Made by a program: the position numbers and the translations under genes
Origin: Trichodelitschia bisporula
Taxonomy: Eukaryota
DNA: 64,000 bases
Assembly (NCBI GenBank): GCA_010356995.1
Contig: ML996697.1
Coordinates: 729,793-793,792 of the forward strand
Direction: 5' to 3'
Shown here: positions 50,095-63,490 of the stretch, piece by piece
How positions within the stretch are numbered: the first letter of the stretch is position 1
How the letters are laid out: every line of letters starts with the position of its first letter
Notes under the pieces: generated by a model
The model's database searches: none
Seen by the model: the letters and a program-made list of their open reading frames with translations, nothing else
Told to the model about the DNA's origin: nothing

Positions 50095-51205
50095 ATGGTA
50101 TGGCTGCTCCCGAGTTGCTCTCCGTATCGACGGCTGCTAACTGTCTCAGTCGAATCAATCCAGTCCCCTCAAGCCAGCGCCGCTGTCCTTCAACAGCCCC
50201 CGAGCCTCCCCTTTCCGGCGTCCCGAGTCCCCGCTTGCGCGCTCCCCCTCCACGATCAGAGCATCCACCCCGCAGCCCGGCTCTCCCTTGAAGCAGTCGA
50301 CGCCTACACCGTCACCTACAAAGGGTACCCCAACCCAGTCTCCTACGAAGCTCTCCTCACCCGCACCCCTCCGACCCTTCAACCCCACCGCGAAAGCCGA
50401 CACTTCCTGGCTCACAACGCGCGGATCGTCCCTAGTGCCGAGTCCGCCAGGCAGTCCCACAAAGTCGCCATCTCCAACTCCCTTCCGTGCCAATGCCAAC
50501 AGCCAGCGTCCCGAGTATGCGTCCAGCCCTCGTCCTGAATACTCACCCAGCCCGCGCCTTGAGCCGCCTGCCTTCGGCACGCCGACCTCACGGCCTCTCC
50601 CTGTCCCCCATGCGCACTCGTCCCCTGCCATGACCAGCAGCCCGTCTACCATTCGCAACGCCTTCAATCCCAACGACCCGATGTCTAAAATTCCGCCGCA
50701 GCACCTTCATACGATGCGCGAGTCCTTCGCCGTGCTCGACCGTGCCAATACCGGTATGGTTACACCTGGGGACGTTGCGCAGCAGCTGAGCGAGTTGGGG
50801 TTGGACGCCTCGCCTGCAGCGCTGGCGGCCTACTTCTCAGGGTCGGGGCAGCAGTCCGTCAATCTGGCAACATATCTCAACCTGTTGGCGTCTGATCTTG
50901 CGCAGCTCAGCCGCCAAGACGAACTCCTAGCCGCATTTTCTGCATTCGATGATGACGACAGTGGACAAGTGGACGTGGCGGAGCTGAGGGATGCGTTGTT
51001 GCACGCGATTCCCGAGCACGGTTCTGGAGACCGGGCGCTGAGCGAGCGCGAGATTGACAAGGTTATGAATGGCTACGTTGGTAGGCGAGCCTTCAAGAAG
51101 GGCCAGAGCGGCGCGGGGCTCGGAGGGAAGAAGGAGGTGTTCCGGTACGGAGACTTTGTGGCCGGTATATGGGGCGGAAACGGCGAGCCTCAGCAGCCAG
51201 CTTGA
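50095..51205 (+). CDS. EF-hand myosin regulatory light chain (Rlc1-like) with long Ser/Pro-rich N-terminus
   Basis: ATG exon plus intron 50098-50149. Motifs MRESFAVLDR and ELLAAFSAFDDDDSGQVDVAELRDAL. Confidence 0.8.
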
Positions 51206-51659
51206 TTTTGAGTTGCTTGTGATGGAAAGTGGGGGTTTGGCGTCCGGTGTGGGTCTTAGCAACTAATGACTAGTGTCAGCATAATGTATGACGAGTGTTT
51301 GAGGATCGAAAGCTTGTAGGACAAGCTCCTGATAGGATTCATTGCAGGAATGCGTGTTACGGAGTACAACCATAGCCGTCGGTGTTGACGGGATTCGCCA
51401 CCACCATCCTTCTCATGAGCCATACATAGACCTCGCCTCAGGGCCAGATTCCCGAAATCAGACTGATGGAACTTATTATTTGCTCCGATGGGGCCGCAAC
51501 CCGGGCCGTTGCGACGCTGCGTCGTGGCATATCCATGTAAGACTCGAGCAAACAGCGGGATGGTGACGTTATTTTGCCGGGCGGAGCTCGTAGCCGCGAC
51601 GGCGGGCCACGCCGATAACAGCACCTCATCCTCACCTTTCACGAACCTTAGAGCTCGAA

Positions 51660-53215
51660 ATGCCGCCCATCGACTCTCCTGCGATTATTGTAGCCCGATA
51701 TCTTCGCAGTAATGGCTACGAAGAGGTCAGCAGAGCTTTCTTGGACGAGACACATGGGTTGACTTCGGGACAGACTCTCGATGCCTTTCTCAAGGAGTCC
51801 GGTCTCCCCCCCGATGCTGGCAGCGTGTCACCTGGTGACTTGACACTTGAGCAAGTGCTCAGGGAGAAGATGATGTATGATCTGACCCTCAACCTCGAAA
51901 AGGCCAGCGTCGACGATGGCCTCAAGGAGTGGAAGGACAAGCCTGGTAAGCCCCACCAATGTGGCATTGCATTGCTTATGAACACGCTCCAGCACAGTGG
52001 AAGTCTACGGAAATAAGCCTTACGAAACCAAGCAACCTTCTTCAAGTCGCGGTGGAGTCAATAGACTTACCCGGCACACCCAGCGCTCATCCGTTCATAC
52101 TCGCCAGCTCAGCAGATCGCCGGTTGTATGTCATTTCGACGGATTTCATTTTGCCTGAGCAGTCGACGCGATTTGAAGTTGTTCGCTCCTTCACTGGCCT
52201 ACAAGACTCTCCAATCTTGTCGTTCTTAGTGGTTGCTCGTCGATATCTCGTCTGCACGGGCATGTCGGGCATGACCGTGCTTTACGACGTGAAGCGCGGG
52301 CAAATTCTTTCCACGAGGCAAGACCATACCAAGTACGTGGTCAAGGTTGTGAGCTGGACGCGGCCAGACGGACAGGTTTGGATTGCAACCGCAGGCTGGG
52401 ACAAGAAGGTGAATGTATACCTGTGCCACCTCACCAGCGAAGGCATCTCCATGGACGAGCCTTTCGCCTCGATACAACTCACCAGCGATCCTGAGAGCCT
52501 ACTCTTCTTCGAGCACCCTGATGACAAAGACTTGTATCTGCTTTTGTCCAGACGAGACTCCACATTTATATACTATTATGGGCTACCAGAAAGCTTGGTT
52601 ACACTACTGGATTGTAGGCCCGCCACGGTTCCCCTCACCGCAAGACAAAATCTTGCACCGCTTGCGAACGCGTGGACTGCCTTTACACCCTCCGCCATGG
52701 CCATATGTCCACACGACTCAACCCTCTTAGCCATCGCTACGTCTTCCACTCCCCATATGAAGCTCCTCATCGTGCGCCTGCTGTTCCCTAGGGCTGAGAC
52801 GCCAGGTGTCGATCCACCTCCCACAACCCCTTCGGCCTCGACCTCGATGGACGCCAATGCCACTCCGGCTGTGTTACAAGCTCGGGAGGCGTTGGCAGTG
52901 CAGGATCGCGAGACAGCCGCGATCTATGTGCACAGTTCCACGATGGCGCCCCAGACGCCATATTCGACACCTGCGGTCGCGTGGCGCCCCGATGGAAGTG
53001 GTGTCTGGGTCAACAGCGAAGATGGAGTCGTCCGCGGCATCGAAGCCAGCTCGGGGAGGGTTGTGAAGACGCTTGAGGCGCACGTACCGGGATCGAAGGT
53101 GCGCTGTCTCTGGGCCGGCGCATTGGGGGAGGGGGAGAAGAAGCGCGAATACATCATATCAGGCGGTTTTGATCACAGGCTTATCGCTTCCGAGCCATCG
53201 GTGTCGAGCACTTGA
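51660..53215 (+). CDS. LisH + WD40-repeat protein
   Basis: IIVARYLRSNGYEE(intron)TLDAFLKE is LisH-like. WD motifs ATAGWDKKV, VAWRPDGSG and ISGGFDH. Two introns. Confidence 0.85.
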
Positions 53216-53956
53216 GCACAGGGGAGCATGGGGGTCAGGCGGTACCAGATCCCGCAGGCCTCGAGATCGGACGGCGCGATGGGGCTGAACTTGCCCTACC
53301 TCGCGGAGACGCTTTAGCATCATTTCATTAGCGTTCGAGGGAACCTCTGGCTGCAGATCGCGCTATTGGCGCCGTCAACTACCACCGCTACACCCATTTC
53401 TCGAAGTCATTTCTGGGATACTGAAACACCTTTCCTCCTGCATCGGCTAATTCGCTCGTTTAGCCTTTCAATTTTTGATACTATTCTCCGTTGGGTGAAT
53501 GGTTGCTGCACTACCCGGCCTGTGTCCAGCCAATTAGGCGTTACTTTTGACTATTCAGATCGGTGGCTTCAGCCTGATTCGCCATATCCCAGATCCAGCC
53601 ATCAAGATAGATCCTGCATGCAGCCAGGTCAGAGCACGTATTCATCTTGTAGAGAAGCCAATGGACCGTGCAGAATCACTTGTGGAAGTCCGATCCTAGC
53701 GGCGCAACAGCATCCGATCTTGTTGGCTGCTAGCCAGCCCCAAATCGCACGCTCTTACTTCCCGATTCACTCTTCCACGTCTGGGGAAGATGGCATCAAG
53801 GCCGGGCGCAAGGCTGAGAGAGTGGATAAATTGCAGCTTCATCCCTCATCTCGTTCTTCATTCCCATCCGTTCATCTTCCTCCAAATCCATCATTTTCAC
53901 CATCTCTAAGCCAACCTTTAGCCTTCACTTAAGACCTTACCCATTTTCACCTCACA

Positions 53957-55056
53957 ATGTCGCCTGCCGTAGACCAACGATCAGCTGTGTGGCCGCACTT
54001 CTTCGTCGTCTCCAACGTAAGGGATTCATGGTCCATCACGGCGTCGGCTAACCTCAAACAGTTGCAAGGTCGCTTGAGAGAATGGACAAAGTTCAAAGAC
54101 TTCATCCGAGCCATGCTCCCCCGCAACCAGCCAGGTTGGACCGACACTGGCCCGCAATCACTGCCACCATACAACTGCTACTACGCCATCTTCAGCGTCA
54201 AAACCATCGAAGACGCCCACCACGCCTACCGTAAGTTCCCCTGCTCTCCATCAGGCCGCAATCTAACAACGTCCCAGGAGGTCTCACCAGTTATAGCGAC
54301 AACGGCCACCGCTTACTAGTCCACCGCTTCGACGTCTCGCACTCCCAAGCCCAACTCCTAGAATGCAACTGCTCGTCCTTCTACGGCCTAACCGGCCACA
54401 GCACCCAATCCCACGCCATGGAGCAACTCTGTAGCCGCCTCCCCTCCTGCGTGCCCGTGTCCGCCCCCATGGTCTCATCCCCCTACTCCGGCGCCCCGCC
54501 CATCTCCGCCGTCGCACCAACCTACGCCTACGCAACAGCCGACGTCTACGCCACCCCCCAGCCGCAGGTAGTAAGCAGTCCGATCCACGCGGTGGTGGAC
54601 GGCTTTACAGGTCTATCGATCGGGCAAATGACCTACCCCGGCACGCACTACTACCAGCAGCCCGTGATGCTGGCGCCCGTAGCCAGCGCGCCAATCTACA
54701 CGCGCAACTCGCACGGCCTGCCCGTGAACATGAGCAACGGGGCCGTGCGCACGGAAATCCGCGAAATCCACATCGGGAACCTGAGCTACAGCATCGGACG
54801 CCGGGAGCTAGAGCGCCTGCTCAAAAAGGCGGGCAGCAGCCCGACGTCCTTCGACATTCATCAGGACGCGGCTGGGAACTCCAAGGGCTCGGCTGTTGCT
54901 TATTTTGCGAGCGAGGAGGAGGCGCGGCGCGCGGTTGAGCATCTCAAGGGCTTCCAGATCAAGAACAAGAAGCTGCGGGTTCGCCTGGGGGTCAATCAGA
55001 CGCCTGTTGATATGGCTGGCGCGCCGGTTATTGTCAACGGATCGACACAGTATTAG
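53957..55056 (+). CDS. RRM-containing RNA-binding protein
   Basis: Intron ~54231-54277 joins a degenerate N-terminal RRM-like part to a C-terminal RRM (IHIGNL; SKGSAVAYF). Confidence 0.8.
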
Positions 55057-56166
55057 CGAGGGGGTGCACGCCTAGCCGACGTCATGAAGAACGATTCCAG
55101 CAGGGTGGTGGGAGATTACGGCGTAGCGGTTCCGGGGGCTTAGACTTGGGCCCACGTAATGACTTGTGCTTTTGGTGGGGAGCACGGGAGGGGGGCACGG
55201 AATTGGAGCGCAGAATGCAAATGCGCTTTTGTTTTGACGGCCTTGTTTTTTGCCCTTTTTTGAGATGGCTTTTCCATTTGTCTGCTTTCTTTCTGCGCAA
55301 AATCTGTTCAAGAGCGAGAATGCCACTGGGAGGCATGTCATTCCAGATCTCCTACCCTTTCTCGGTTGTACCTTTCGCGCCTCAGCCTGCGCAGCGCCAT
55401 CCAGAGAGGGGAGATCTTTCGAATTCTTAGCTAGGAATCCTTCTCAGCTAGAGGTCAATAGGACAAAAAACGATCAACACCACGCAAAATGCCTTTCTTC
55501 CGTCGTCCAACCTCAAGATGGTGTTGAAATAAGCCCCCTCCAACCAGGATGTGACGGGCCACGCCGGCGCCCCCCACAAGGGTATGGCATCGCAGCCCCA
55601 GCCCCAGCGCGGCGCCTCGGGCCTCCGAGAAACGCCACGCCCCACCCCCGGCGCGGCAGGAGCCGACGGGGCGCGCTAAGCGGCAGCGATGGATCTAAAA
55701 GTCCAACATCAGGTCCATCTCCTTGCATCGCCGCGGCGCCTACGCATCGCCCTGGAGCCATTATAAATTGTACCGCGCACTCGGACCTTCCGACCCGCGG
55801 CCTGCACACTTCAAGCTCGTGGTCGCACAAGTGCCAGGGTCTAGAGCCCGTCGCCCCGCGCAGAGCCGCTGCCGCCGGGGGTAGGGCTTTTAGTCCGACC
55901 GTTAATTGCTTTTCCTCATTCCGCCCAACTCGCCTGGATGGCGGGCGATATGGACGGGTATTGATGTTTTGCCTTAAAAATCGGGTAGCGATCGGAATGA
56001 GCTCCAGAGCAGTCAAAAGTAGCTTAGCTTGTGAGGTCTTGGCATAGCTTGGCGCTATGGGCCAATTAGATTTTGCTTATATAAGCTTTGCTTCTACAGT
56101 AGCACATTTATTCCGCCCTAACACGCGCCCGCACGTATGGGCGTGGGCGGGGCGGCCGGAGTGAGA

Positions 56167-57315
56167 TCAGGTATACGTGATTCCGGCCGCCCACACCCCG
56201 ACCGACGGGCGGTTGGGGGCGGCCTTAATGGCCCGACTAAAAGCCCTGGCCGGGGGAAAGCGCGGTTGCCAACCGCTTCCCCGCGGCAGGCGGGGCGAGG
56301 AGGAGGTGTGCGCCTGAGTGGCGCGGCGACAGCACGGCATGTGTGGAGTCGGACGTAATGCATCGCGTCGGGAAGCCAGATCGGGCAAGACGGCGTCGGG
56401 GTGCGGGGCACGGCGGGGCAACATCGCGGCTCGGGGAATATTCCCATCGTGAGAGGAGGTGGGGGTTAGACGGGGGGGGGGCAGAACACATCGTGGAAGC
56501 AGCGATGGTGACAGGTGGTGGAGTGGGTGTGTGGTGAATGACTGCCGAGTGGTGGAGGGGTGCCGGGGCGCCCTGGCACGTTTCGCGGGTTCAGCGCCAT
56601 ATGGCCGCAGCGTACCCGTCTGCGCCCCTGCGATGCTGACGAAATGTCCCCGCCCGCGGCTATCGGGTGGGCAGCGGCACCGGGCCAGGCTGTGGGTGTC
56701 GAAGTGGGGCCGTGACGCAAGGATTGGGTAGGGGGCGCGATAGACGCGCTCGCGCTTCAACCTCACGTTGTAAAATGTGGGGGGCCAGGGCTGCTGTAGG
56801 GGGCCGGGGCTGCTGTGAGGGGCCGGGGCTGCTGTGAGGGAATCTTCCTCGAAGATTTTCTGCGAGGATGCTTTGATGCAGTCGGCATCCTGCAGCTGGC
56901 CAGCAGCATCTGGCATGCAATGCGGGCGTCGGGGCTGCCACTTTGTGAACGTCTGGGCATCACAGCCGTGCCGCCGCCGGGGGTCTCTTTCCAGAACCGG
57001 GTCGGCGGCAGCGAGATTCAGTGTGGCGTTACGCGGCGTGTCGTATTCTCTCCTAGTGGAGACTTCTGTGATACGATCACAGTTTGCGCCCAGTATCCCC
57101 CCATTGATGAACTCGTACCATACTTGCAGTTTTGACTCGAACATGGCTACCCGTTCATCTGCTTCGATCTCGCTGTCGCACCGGCGCGAGATCGATGGCG
57201 TGACCGAGGCGACGGATTCTTCGGGCCCGTTGCAATGGAGCAGATCGAGATCATGCGGTTTGGAATTGGAGGGTGTGACCCATCTACTGTAGTGTGGGGC
57301 GGACTCGTCGCGCAT
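56167..57315 (-). CDS. Possible orphan ORF (382 aa, no recognised motif)
   Basis: Long ATG-initiated ORF only; it may be spurious in GC-rich DNA. Confidence 0.2.
   Translation of the reverse strand: MRDESAPHYSRWVTPSNSKPHDLDLLHCNGPEESVASVTPSISRRCDSEIEADERVAMFESKLQVWYEFINGGILGANCDRITEVSTRREYDTPRNATLNLAAADPVLERDPRRRHGCDAQTFTKWQPRRPHCMPDAAGQLQDADCIKASSQKIFEEDSLTAAPAPHSSPGPLQQPWPPTFYNVRLKRERVYRAPYPILASRPHFDTHSLARCRCPPDSRGRGHFVSIAGAQTGTLRPYGAEPAKRARAPRHPSTTRQSFTTHPLHHLSPSLLPRCVLPPPRLTPTSSHDGNIPRAAMLPRRAPHPDAVLPDLASRRDALRPTPHMPCCRRATQAHTSSSPRLPRGSGWQPRFPPARAFSRAIKAAPNRPSVGVWAAGITYT
56781..56840. repeat. ~19-20 bp G-rich minisatellite x3 (GGGGCCGGGGCTGCTGTGA)
   Basis: Three tandem near-identical units. 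Confidence 0.85.
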
Positions 57316-60061
57316 GGGGGGACGTCCGTTACGGGCGTTTCAAAGTGTATCAAATATCCTCGATACTTTGTCGAGTGCCGGTACTGCGCCTGAAGAGCTG
57401 GTAAGATTCAGGTAGAATTTGAAAGTGGCTGGCGATCGCGCAGCGAGCTGCCTGTTACACTAGCTTGTGACAATGTGTTCAGAAGCAATGTACTTCGCGT
57501 CGCACCCACATATCGCATGTCGTATTCCTCGGCTAAGATTCGTACTGCTTCAGCTCACGGGTACTCGGTCCGCAGATACCTTTACTGGAAGCGTTCGGCA
57601 TATATAAATTTCGCGGATCGACTCCGCAGGATCGACTCCGCGGGATCATGTCCGACTAACGCGGGGCACTACTCCAGCCCAAGGGTCCAATCTCAGCCTC
57701 GCGACACCAAAACCGTCGACAGGCCGCAATGAGCGGGAGCAGCCACGCGGCTTGAGTAGACTGCTTCTGTTGGACTACCAAACACCCGACCGGGGGTGTT
57801 GCGACAGGCAAGCCGAGCCGAGGGCCAGAGTACGTAGTACAGGAAGCGCCTCCAGACGACACACGACCTATGCCGCTCGTCATTGTGCTTTTACTTGCCG
57901 CGTGTCACGCAAGCCGCGCTAAAGGGAGTTTGCTGTCGCATCTGACTTGCCAAAGCCGGTACGACTGACATCTGCCAGGAACAGGCCATACATCTTTGTG
58001 CCGCTTGGGTACTCCACAGGCAAATTCCGCGAATCTTGGATGCTGTAGACCGAATCAGCCGAATCGGCGACCACAAGCGTCATTAGCCATCAGGAACTGT
58101 GCTTCAGCCGAGTTGCTTCTTCAGAATTGGTACTCAGCCGATAGTCCGGCGTTGCCGGCGTAATCGCGCAGTGGCCAGAGGATGATGTGCGGAAGGATGT
58201 GAGCGAATCTAACGGCTACAGCGACATCTGGTCGCACGTTTTTCCTTTGTCGTTCGCTGGCTTTCCGCGGTGCGCCACCTGCTCATCAGTCCCTCACAGT
58301 GGAGCAAGGTGCAGGATCTGGTGCGGCATGCTTTCGCGTTCAGAGGTGCAGATTGCGGGCGTCGAGTCTTCCCGATATAAGCCAATCCTAAATTGGCACC
58401 CACGCTTTGTATACGCTAAGGCCTACAATGCTTTCCAGCCCCCGTTCTCGGTATCCGCTGCGTATCCCAAAGATGGTTTTTCCGGATTGCTGGTATCTCT
58501 GTCAGTCCAGCGGGCAAGTAGGTGAATATGGAAGTCCACGGCTCGAGGCATGTCAGCGGAAGGACATACCAAACTTCATCCCTTAGCCACTTAGGTAATA
58601 GGAAATTCAACGTCCGGTGGATCACCTTTGTACTCCCCTTTCTGCTACTCTTTGCAGAGCGTAATCTTGAGTTACGTGGAGCAAGTGCAGCATCGGGACG
58701 GCTACGGTGCGCCACCAAATCCGACCCCACCACCATCGTACTCCACTTCGTCGGCTGCCTAAAACTGTCCCGGATCTCGTGGTGCTGATATTGTGCTACG
58801 CCGCTGAACCACGGAACGCACGGTGATTTCAGAAAGGCGCCAATCATTTGCGGGGGAGGATTTGCCGCAAAGAATGGGGTTATGCTATGTGGACGGTGGG
58901 CTCGCTGTGGATGCTTGATAGGCGAGTGCTCGTCAGGGATGGCTTTGTTAGGGCTCCATAAGCCATACTGGTGGGTCCCTCGGTCTTGGTTTGATATCTG
59001 CTGTCCGACAGCGTTCTCCGAGAACATAGACGTACCCTGCCTGTCAGTGGGTTATATCGGTCGAACTCGGTTTGCCATGCTGGTACGGCTTCGGTAAACG
59101 GCCAACCAACCGAACTCAGTCATCCACATCCACGACAACACGCCATAATTGGCCATGTGGATCCCCAAACTGTCATCTGCAAGATTTGGTTTTCGATGTG
59201 CATATGCCGGCATATCCATCTGCCCTGCAATCAGCCCCGATGTGAAGCCACAGCTCGACATACCGATCATTCAGTTGCTACCAGTCTTCCAGAATGCATG
59301 TTCAAGAAATCGAAGATTCACGTACAGTCTTCAACTGACTGCGGATGCCTTACCAATAACAAATATTCTATGGCAAGTCCATAACGAGAAGCGAATACCG
59401 GCATGGCAGACACGTCGCAACACGAACTTTTCGACGGAAAACTCCGTTTCCGCGATCTTCAGACTTCGATGCTCACATCGGCTTTTGAAGTCGTCTCCAA
59501 TCTGTAGGATTCACTTCTCCAGGTTTACTGTTATCCGCCCAAGCGGTATGCGCCAGTGCTGCCTGCCATCGGTCCCGCATCTGACTGGTAGGTATCCGGC
59601 CACTTTCTCGGAGGTGACGTGGGAAGCCAGCGGCGCATGCGGAGAGCTGAGTGGCATCCTAAGCTGGAAGCCAAAATACGGCTTGCATCCGGGAAAAATG
59701 CGATTGCTGCACTTACTCAGACTACGCGAGGTCTTGAAAGTGAGATGGTGTTCGGCAGTGAAGCGGGTAGAGGAAGACTGGTTCCTGAAGTGGCACTGGG
59801 GAAGGTTGTGCGTTCTTTGTTCTTCTCTCTTCGTTCGAATTCGCTTCTCCGCTACCCGTAGAGCAAGAGCGGGGCCTGTAAGGTGAGAAGCGGGCTGGGA
59901 TATGGCGGATGTACTTGCCTCAGCTCCGAACTGGCCCCACTTCCATATGTGATGAGTGCCATTTGGTAATGCGGTGTCGCTGCCCTGTGAGAAGGGTGAG
60001 GCCATTCTTCAAAATTGTTGCCCTTTATTAATAAACCTCCGAAAGGGAGTCTTCATCAATA

Positions 60062-60153
60062 GCGTTGGTGGTTTAGTGGTAAAATCCGTCGTTGCCATCT
60101 GAAGTTATTCAGTGCGATTCGACGGGCCCCGGGTTCGATTCCCGGCCGACGCA
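60062..60153 (+). tRNA. tRNA-Gly(GCC) with 21-nt intron
   Basis: GCGTTGGTGGTTTAGTGGTAAAATCCGTCGTTGCCA[60098-60118]TCGACGGGCCCCGGGTTCGATTCCCGGCCGACGCA followed by a T-run. Confidence 0.96.
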
Positions 60154-60789
60154 TGCTTTTTGCTCGGGTCTGTTATCAGGCTCTCTGTAAGACGTTGCCT
60201 GTGTTCTGCGTGCATTATGTTAGAACATCTTTCTGGTTGATGTTGAGGTCGGGATGGTCAAATTTTAACTACATACTCCACGATATTCGAGCTTTGGCGC
60301 TAGAACATCGCTGCTCACTAGGGAAGGGGAAGGGAACACTAAAACATCTGTTTGCGGTTCATCGTGATACATCCCGTCGAATCTCTGGTGAAGAAACAGG
60401 CCCGATACATTGCCCGGTTCTGTTCGTCGTCGAACTCCGCTTCAGTACTTTAGCCCCCAATTGGAGACTCTCTCGTTAAGCGTCATCGATGACAGTCCTT
60501 CACTCCCCTTCAAACGCACAATTCAAACATCAATCGTGTCTTACTTCTTCCTACTCTCATGAATGCGCTCCAACGTCATTCCTGGATCTGACTAATTTCA
60601 TATCAACGTTTGACCTTCTGTCTCAGACCTGACACTTTCAATATGGCTGCGCCGGGCACTGCCGATACCAACACCACCGGGCTGCCCACTCCAAGGCGCC
60701 ATTGCCATGTCCCCCGTCGTCTGGGCCAGATATAGTTCTATATCATGGATCTTCCAGAAAGCATCGCGACCCCTCCGCAGGGCGAAGCG

Positions 60790-61420
60790 TTCGTCTCCTC
60801 GGTCTCGGGCATTCCGTCATGAGGTGCGACGCCGTGATGGCGGCTGCGTCGTCTCTGGTACACTGTTATTGATCCGAGCAACGATATGGTTTGGGGGCTG
60901 GAAACTGTGCAGGCTGTGCCGCTGGCCTACTGTAGGAGCACCATTAGAGGGAACTGAGGTTTGATCGACTGATATCGATGACGTCGGAGGAGGTGGCTCG
61001 ATCAACAGTCCGCAAAACTGGCTTTTGCTGTGCACGGATATCCGGGTCCCTCGTTTCCAAATGCGGGATCAGCATAAATCCTGACGTAAATGACTTCATG
61101 TCTGCCTGGCGCTGTAGCTAATCATCGTAGGACAACCAAGATCGCCATGTTGGCTCGAGACGTGGTGAACATCTCCGGTCAGACTGTGGGCTGCAACTGG
61201 CTTTCTAGGAAGAAACGGTCCGTCGATGATGCCCTCCGCTGGCCCTTCTGGCAAGCAGTCCTCACATACATGCGGGAATAGGGGGAACGGATCTTTGTAC
61301 ATGACTTCTCTCCCTAGGGCCACCATGGCAGGAGACATACTTAGGGGTCCATTCCCGACACAGCGGATGGAAGCTAAGCTGCTTTTCGCCTTGGGCTCAG
61401 AGGGCGTTCTTCAGTCGAAT
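60790..61420 (+). pseudogene. Decayed fungal HNH endonuclease (HNH_2-type) gene
   Basis: Fragments across frames: FRHEVRRRDGGCVVSG, INSPQNWLLL, SINPD, LRWPFWQAVLTYMRE*GERIFVHDF and DILRGP. Stops and frameshifts are present. Confidence 0.75.
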
Positions 61421-63490
61421 GAACTCTCGTAAGGTGTACCTCGGCGATTGGACTGATTACAGGAGGCCTTGTTTGAAGTTACTGCTTGCCAGAACTGACA
61501 AATTGGCTGACATAAAATTGCAGTGTCTGCGTCTCGGGAGTTCTCAGAGCCGGCAGAGCGTTCAGTCTGGGGACAAGATCGATCTTGCATCGTCCAAAGT
61601 CGAGCCTTACCAACCGATATTTATGTACATTTTCGGCTGATGTACCTCGATTGAATTTCCAGTGTCTTTGGCTGTGGAGGCATACCCGTATCCCAACCTC
61701 GCCGAGCTAAGAAGGCATTGTTGAAGTCCAACGAGCGCGATATGCCACTAGTGTTCAGATGTACGTCGGGAGCTTCCTTCGCTACATCGAAACCTCAGTC
61801 GCATTGCCTCATTGGGGCTTACTGAGCAGGGTGTGGCCCGTCTAGGTCTGCAGATGTTGGTCAGAGTGCCCAATAACGAAACTGCTTTCGCTGTTGTACT
61901 AACAAGAGCCGCACTGTTTGACGCGCCATCTGCGGAATGTAACCTCAGAATGAGCGAGCTCACGAATGAACGTCGTAGAAACAACTGCTCACTGACAAGT
62001 CAGCCAACTGGCGTGTAGTCGGCGATAAGGACGGGAGTGTGGCTTACCCGCTAGCTCTCGATGGTGATGTTCATAATATGGCTTACTGTGTCTCACGTAG
62101 CGCCACAGTGCGTACTACATAATATGAACAGCAGACGCGACCTGCGCACACTGAGCGCGCTTCTTTCCTTCAACTCTTGACAGAATGTGGATTATTCCCC
62201 AGCACAGTTTGTGTATTGGGCCCCGGAAGATGCAATACAGTGGTCGCTGCTTCTCTCATATTCGACAGTGTCCTATTCGTCAACCGCAAGCTCCAGGACT
62301 ATTGGAGCGTCTCACCCAGTTCGAGCGGGTCCCTTCCGTTGATGTTCGGCACGATATCAAATATCCAAACCATGCACATCTCGAAATGTCAGGCTCGGGT
62401 CGTCGGATCCCAGAGCCCTTATACGACCGTTCCGAGACTGATGGTGGAGTCACGTACCGCATCAGCGTCCAGTACAGGCACTGAGACACTGTGCGGTCAT
62501 GGATCTCGACCGGGTGGCACAACACAGCAACGGTATGGGGATGACGGGACCTTGGCCATCGGCGCAGGCAATGCAGAGCACATCAATGATCCCAATGCAT
62601 TATCATCACTCCGAGGGAACATATTGCGTGTTGTCCAGCCCAGCTGAGAACACAATTGCCCGAGCCTGAGGAGACACCCAGAAATGGTATCAACACGAAT
62701 GACCGTCAGGCATTGGTCCACTCGCAGGCTTTGCTGCATCCCACCGTTCATGAGGACAATTCGCTGACTCAACACTCCGTGCGTCAGACGCCCTCGATAC
62801 GGGGCCGGGGCAACCTGCCATGCGCCTGCCGCTTCAAATCAACAAGCGGCCCGCAGCCTCGGTCGGGATCAAGTCCACTCGCTGAACCGTTTGTCAGCTG
62901 CAGCACGTTCAACATGTATGGGGGGCCCCCAGTAGGACTGCCGCACAGTTCTGAAGATGCGAGGTCAGACGTTCTCCTCGATTGCGTCATACCGGTCTGG
63001 TCATGCGAATGTTTGACGCGCATTCCCCTGATCAATTGTTGTAATGCATGGAGTTTGTCGACCCCGTAGCCGCGATGCCGCACCTCGGCAGCGACGATGT
63101 TTACTGATCCCAGCCCTGGCTGCAGGTTGCCGGCGCTGCCAAGAACCCGGCTTGGTATCAACGTTAGGCTGGGCTGTGGACGACGTTGGTTCGCCAGTTC
63201 GCTTTAGTTGTCCCCATATGAGGATATCCGGCATGCAAACAAGGCGTTCGTGTCGTACTAGTTGAAGCTTGTCGTGTTTACTGACATGGCCGCGTCTGCG
63301 GGCTTGGGAATCATGCATGACTCCTTCTCCGCTTTCCAGAGACGTCCATGGCGTCTCTATGCCGAGTTCATGCCTCACATACTCCGGGTATATGGTAGAA
63401 AAGCGAAGGCACCCCACCGAGGTGGAGAATTTCAGTTTGCATCAATCCAAATCATCAACTCACTTGAACCTCATTCCAATTGCACACCTC

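Noticed and set aside
56781..57640. Short direct repeats as a possible CRISPR array or LTR (also 27200-27237, 20297-20411)
   Set aside because: Only two or three units, no regular unique spacers, eukaryotic context, and no transposase or RT nearby.
57400..60005. Several 100-245 aa ORFs upstream of tRNA-Gly
   Set aside because: No recognisable motif or consistent exon structure; I cannot call a gene by eye.
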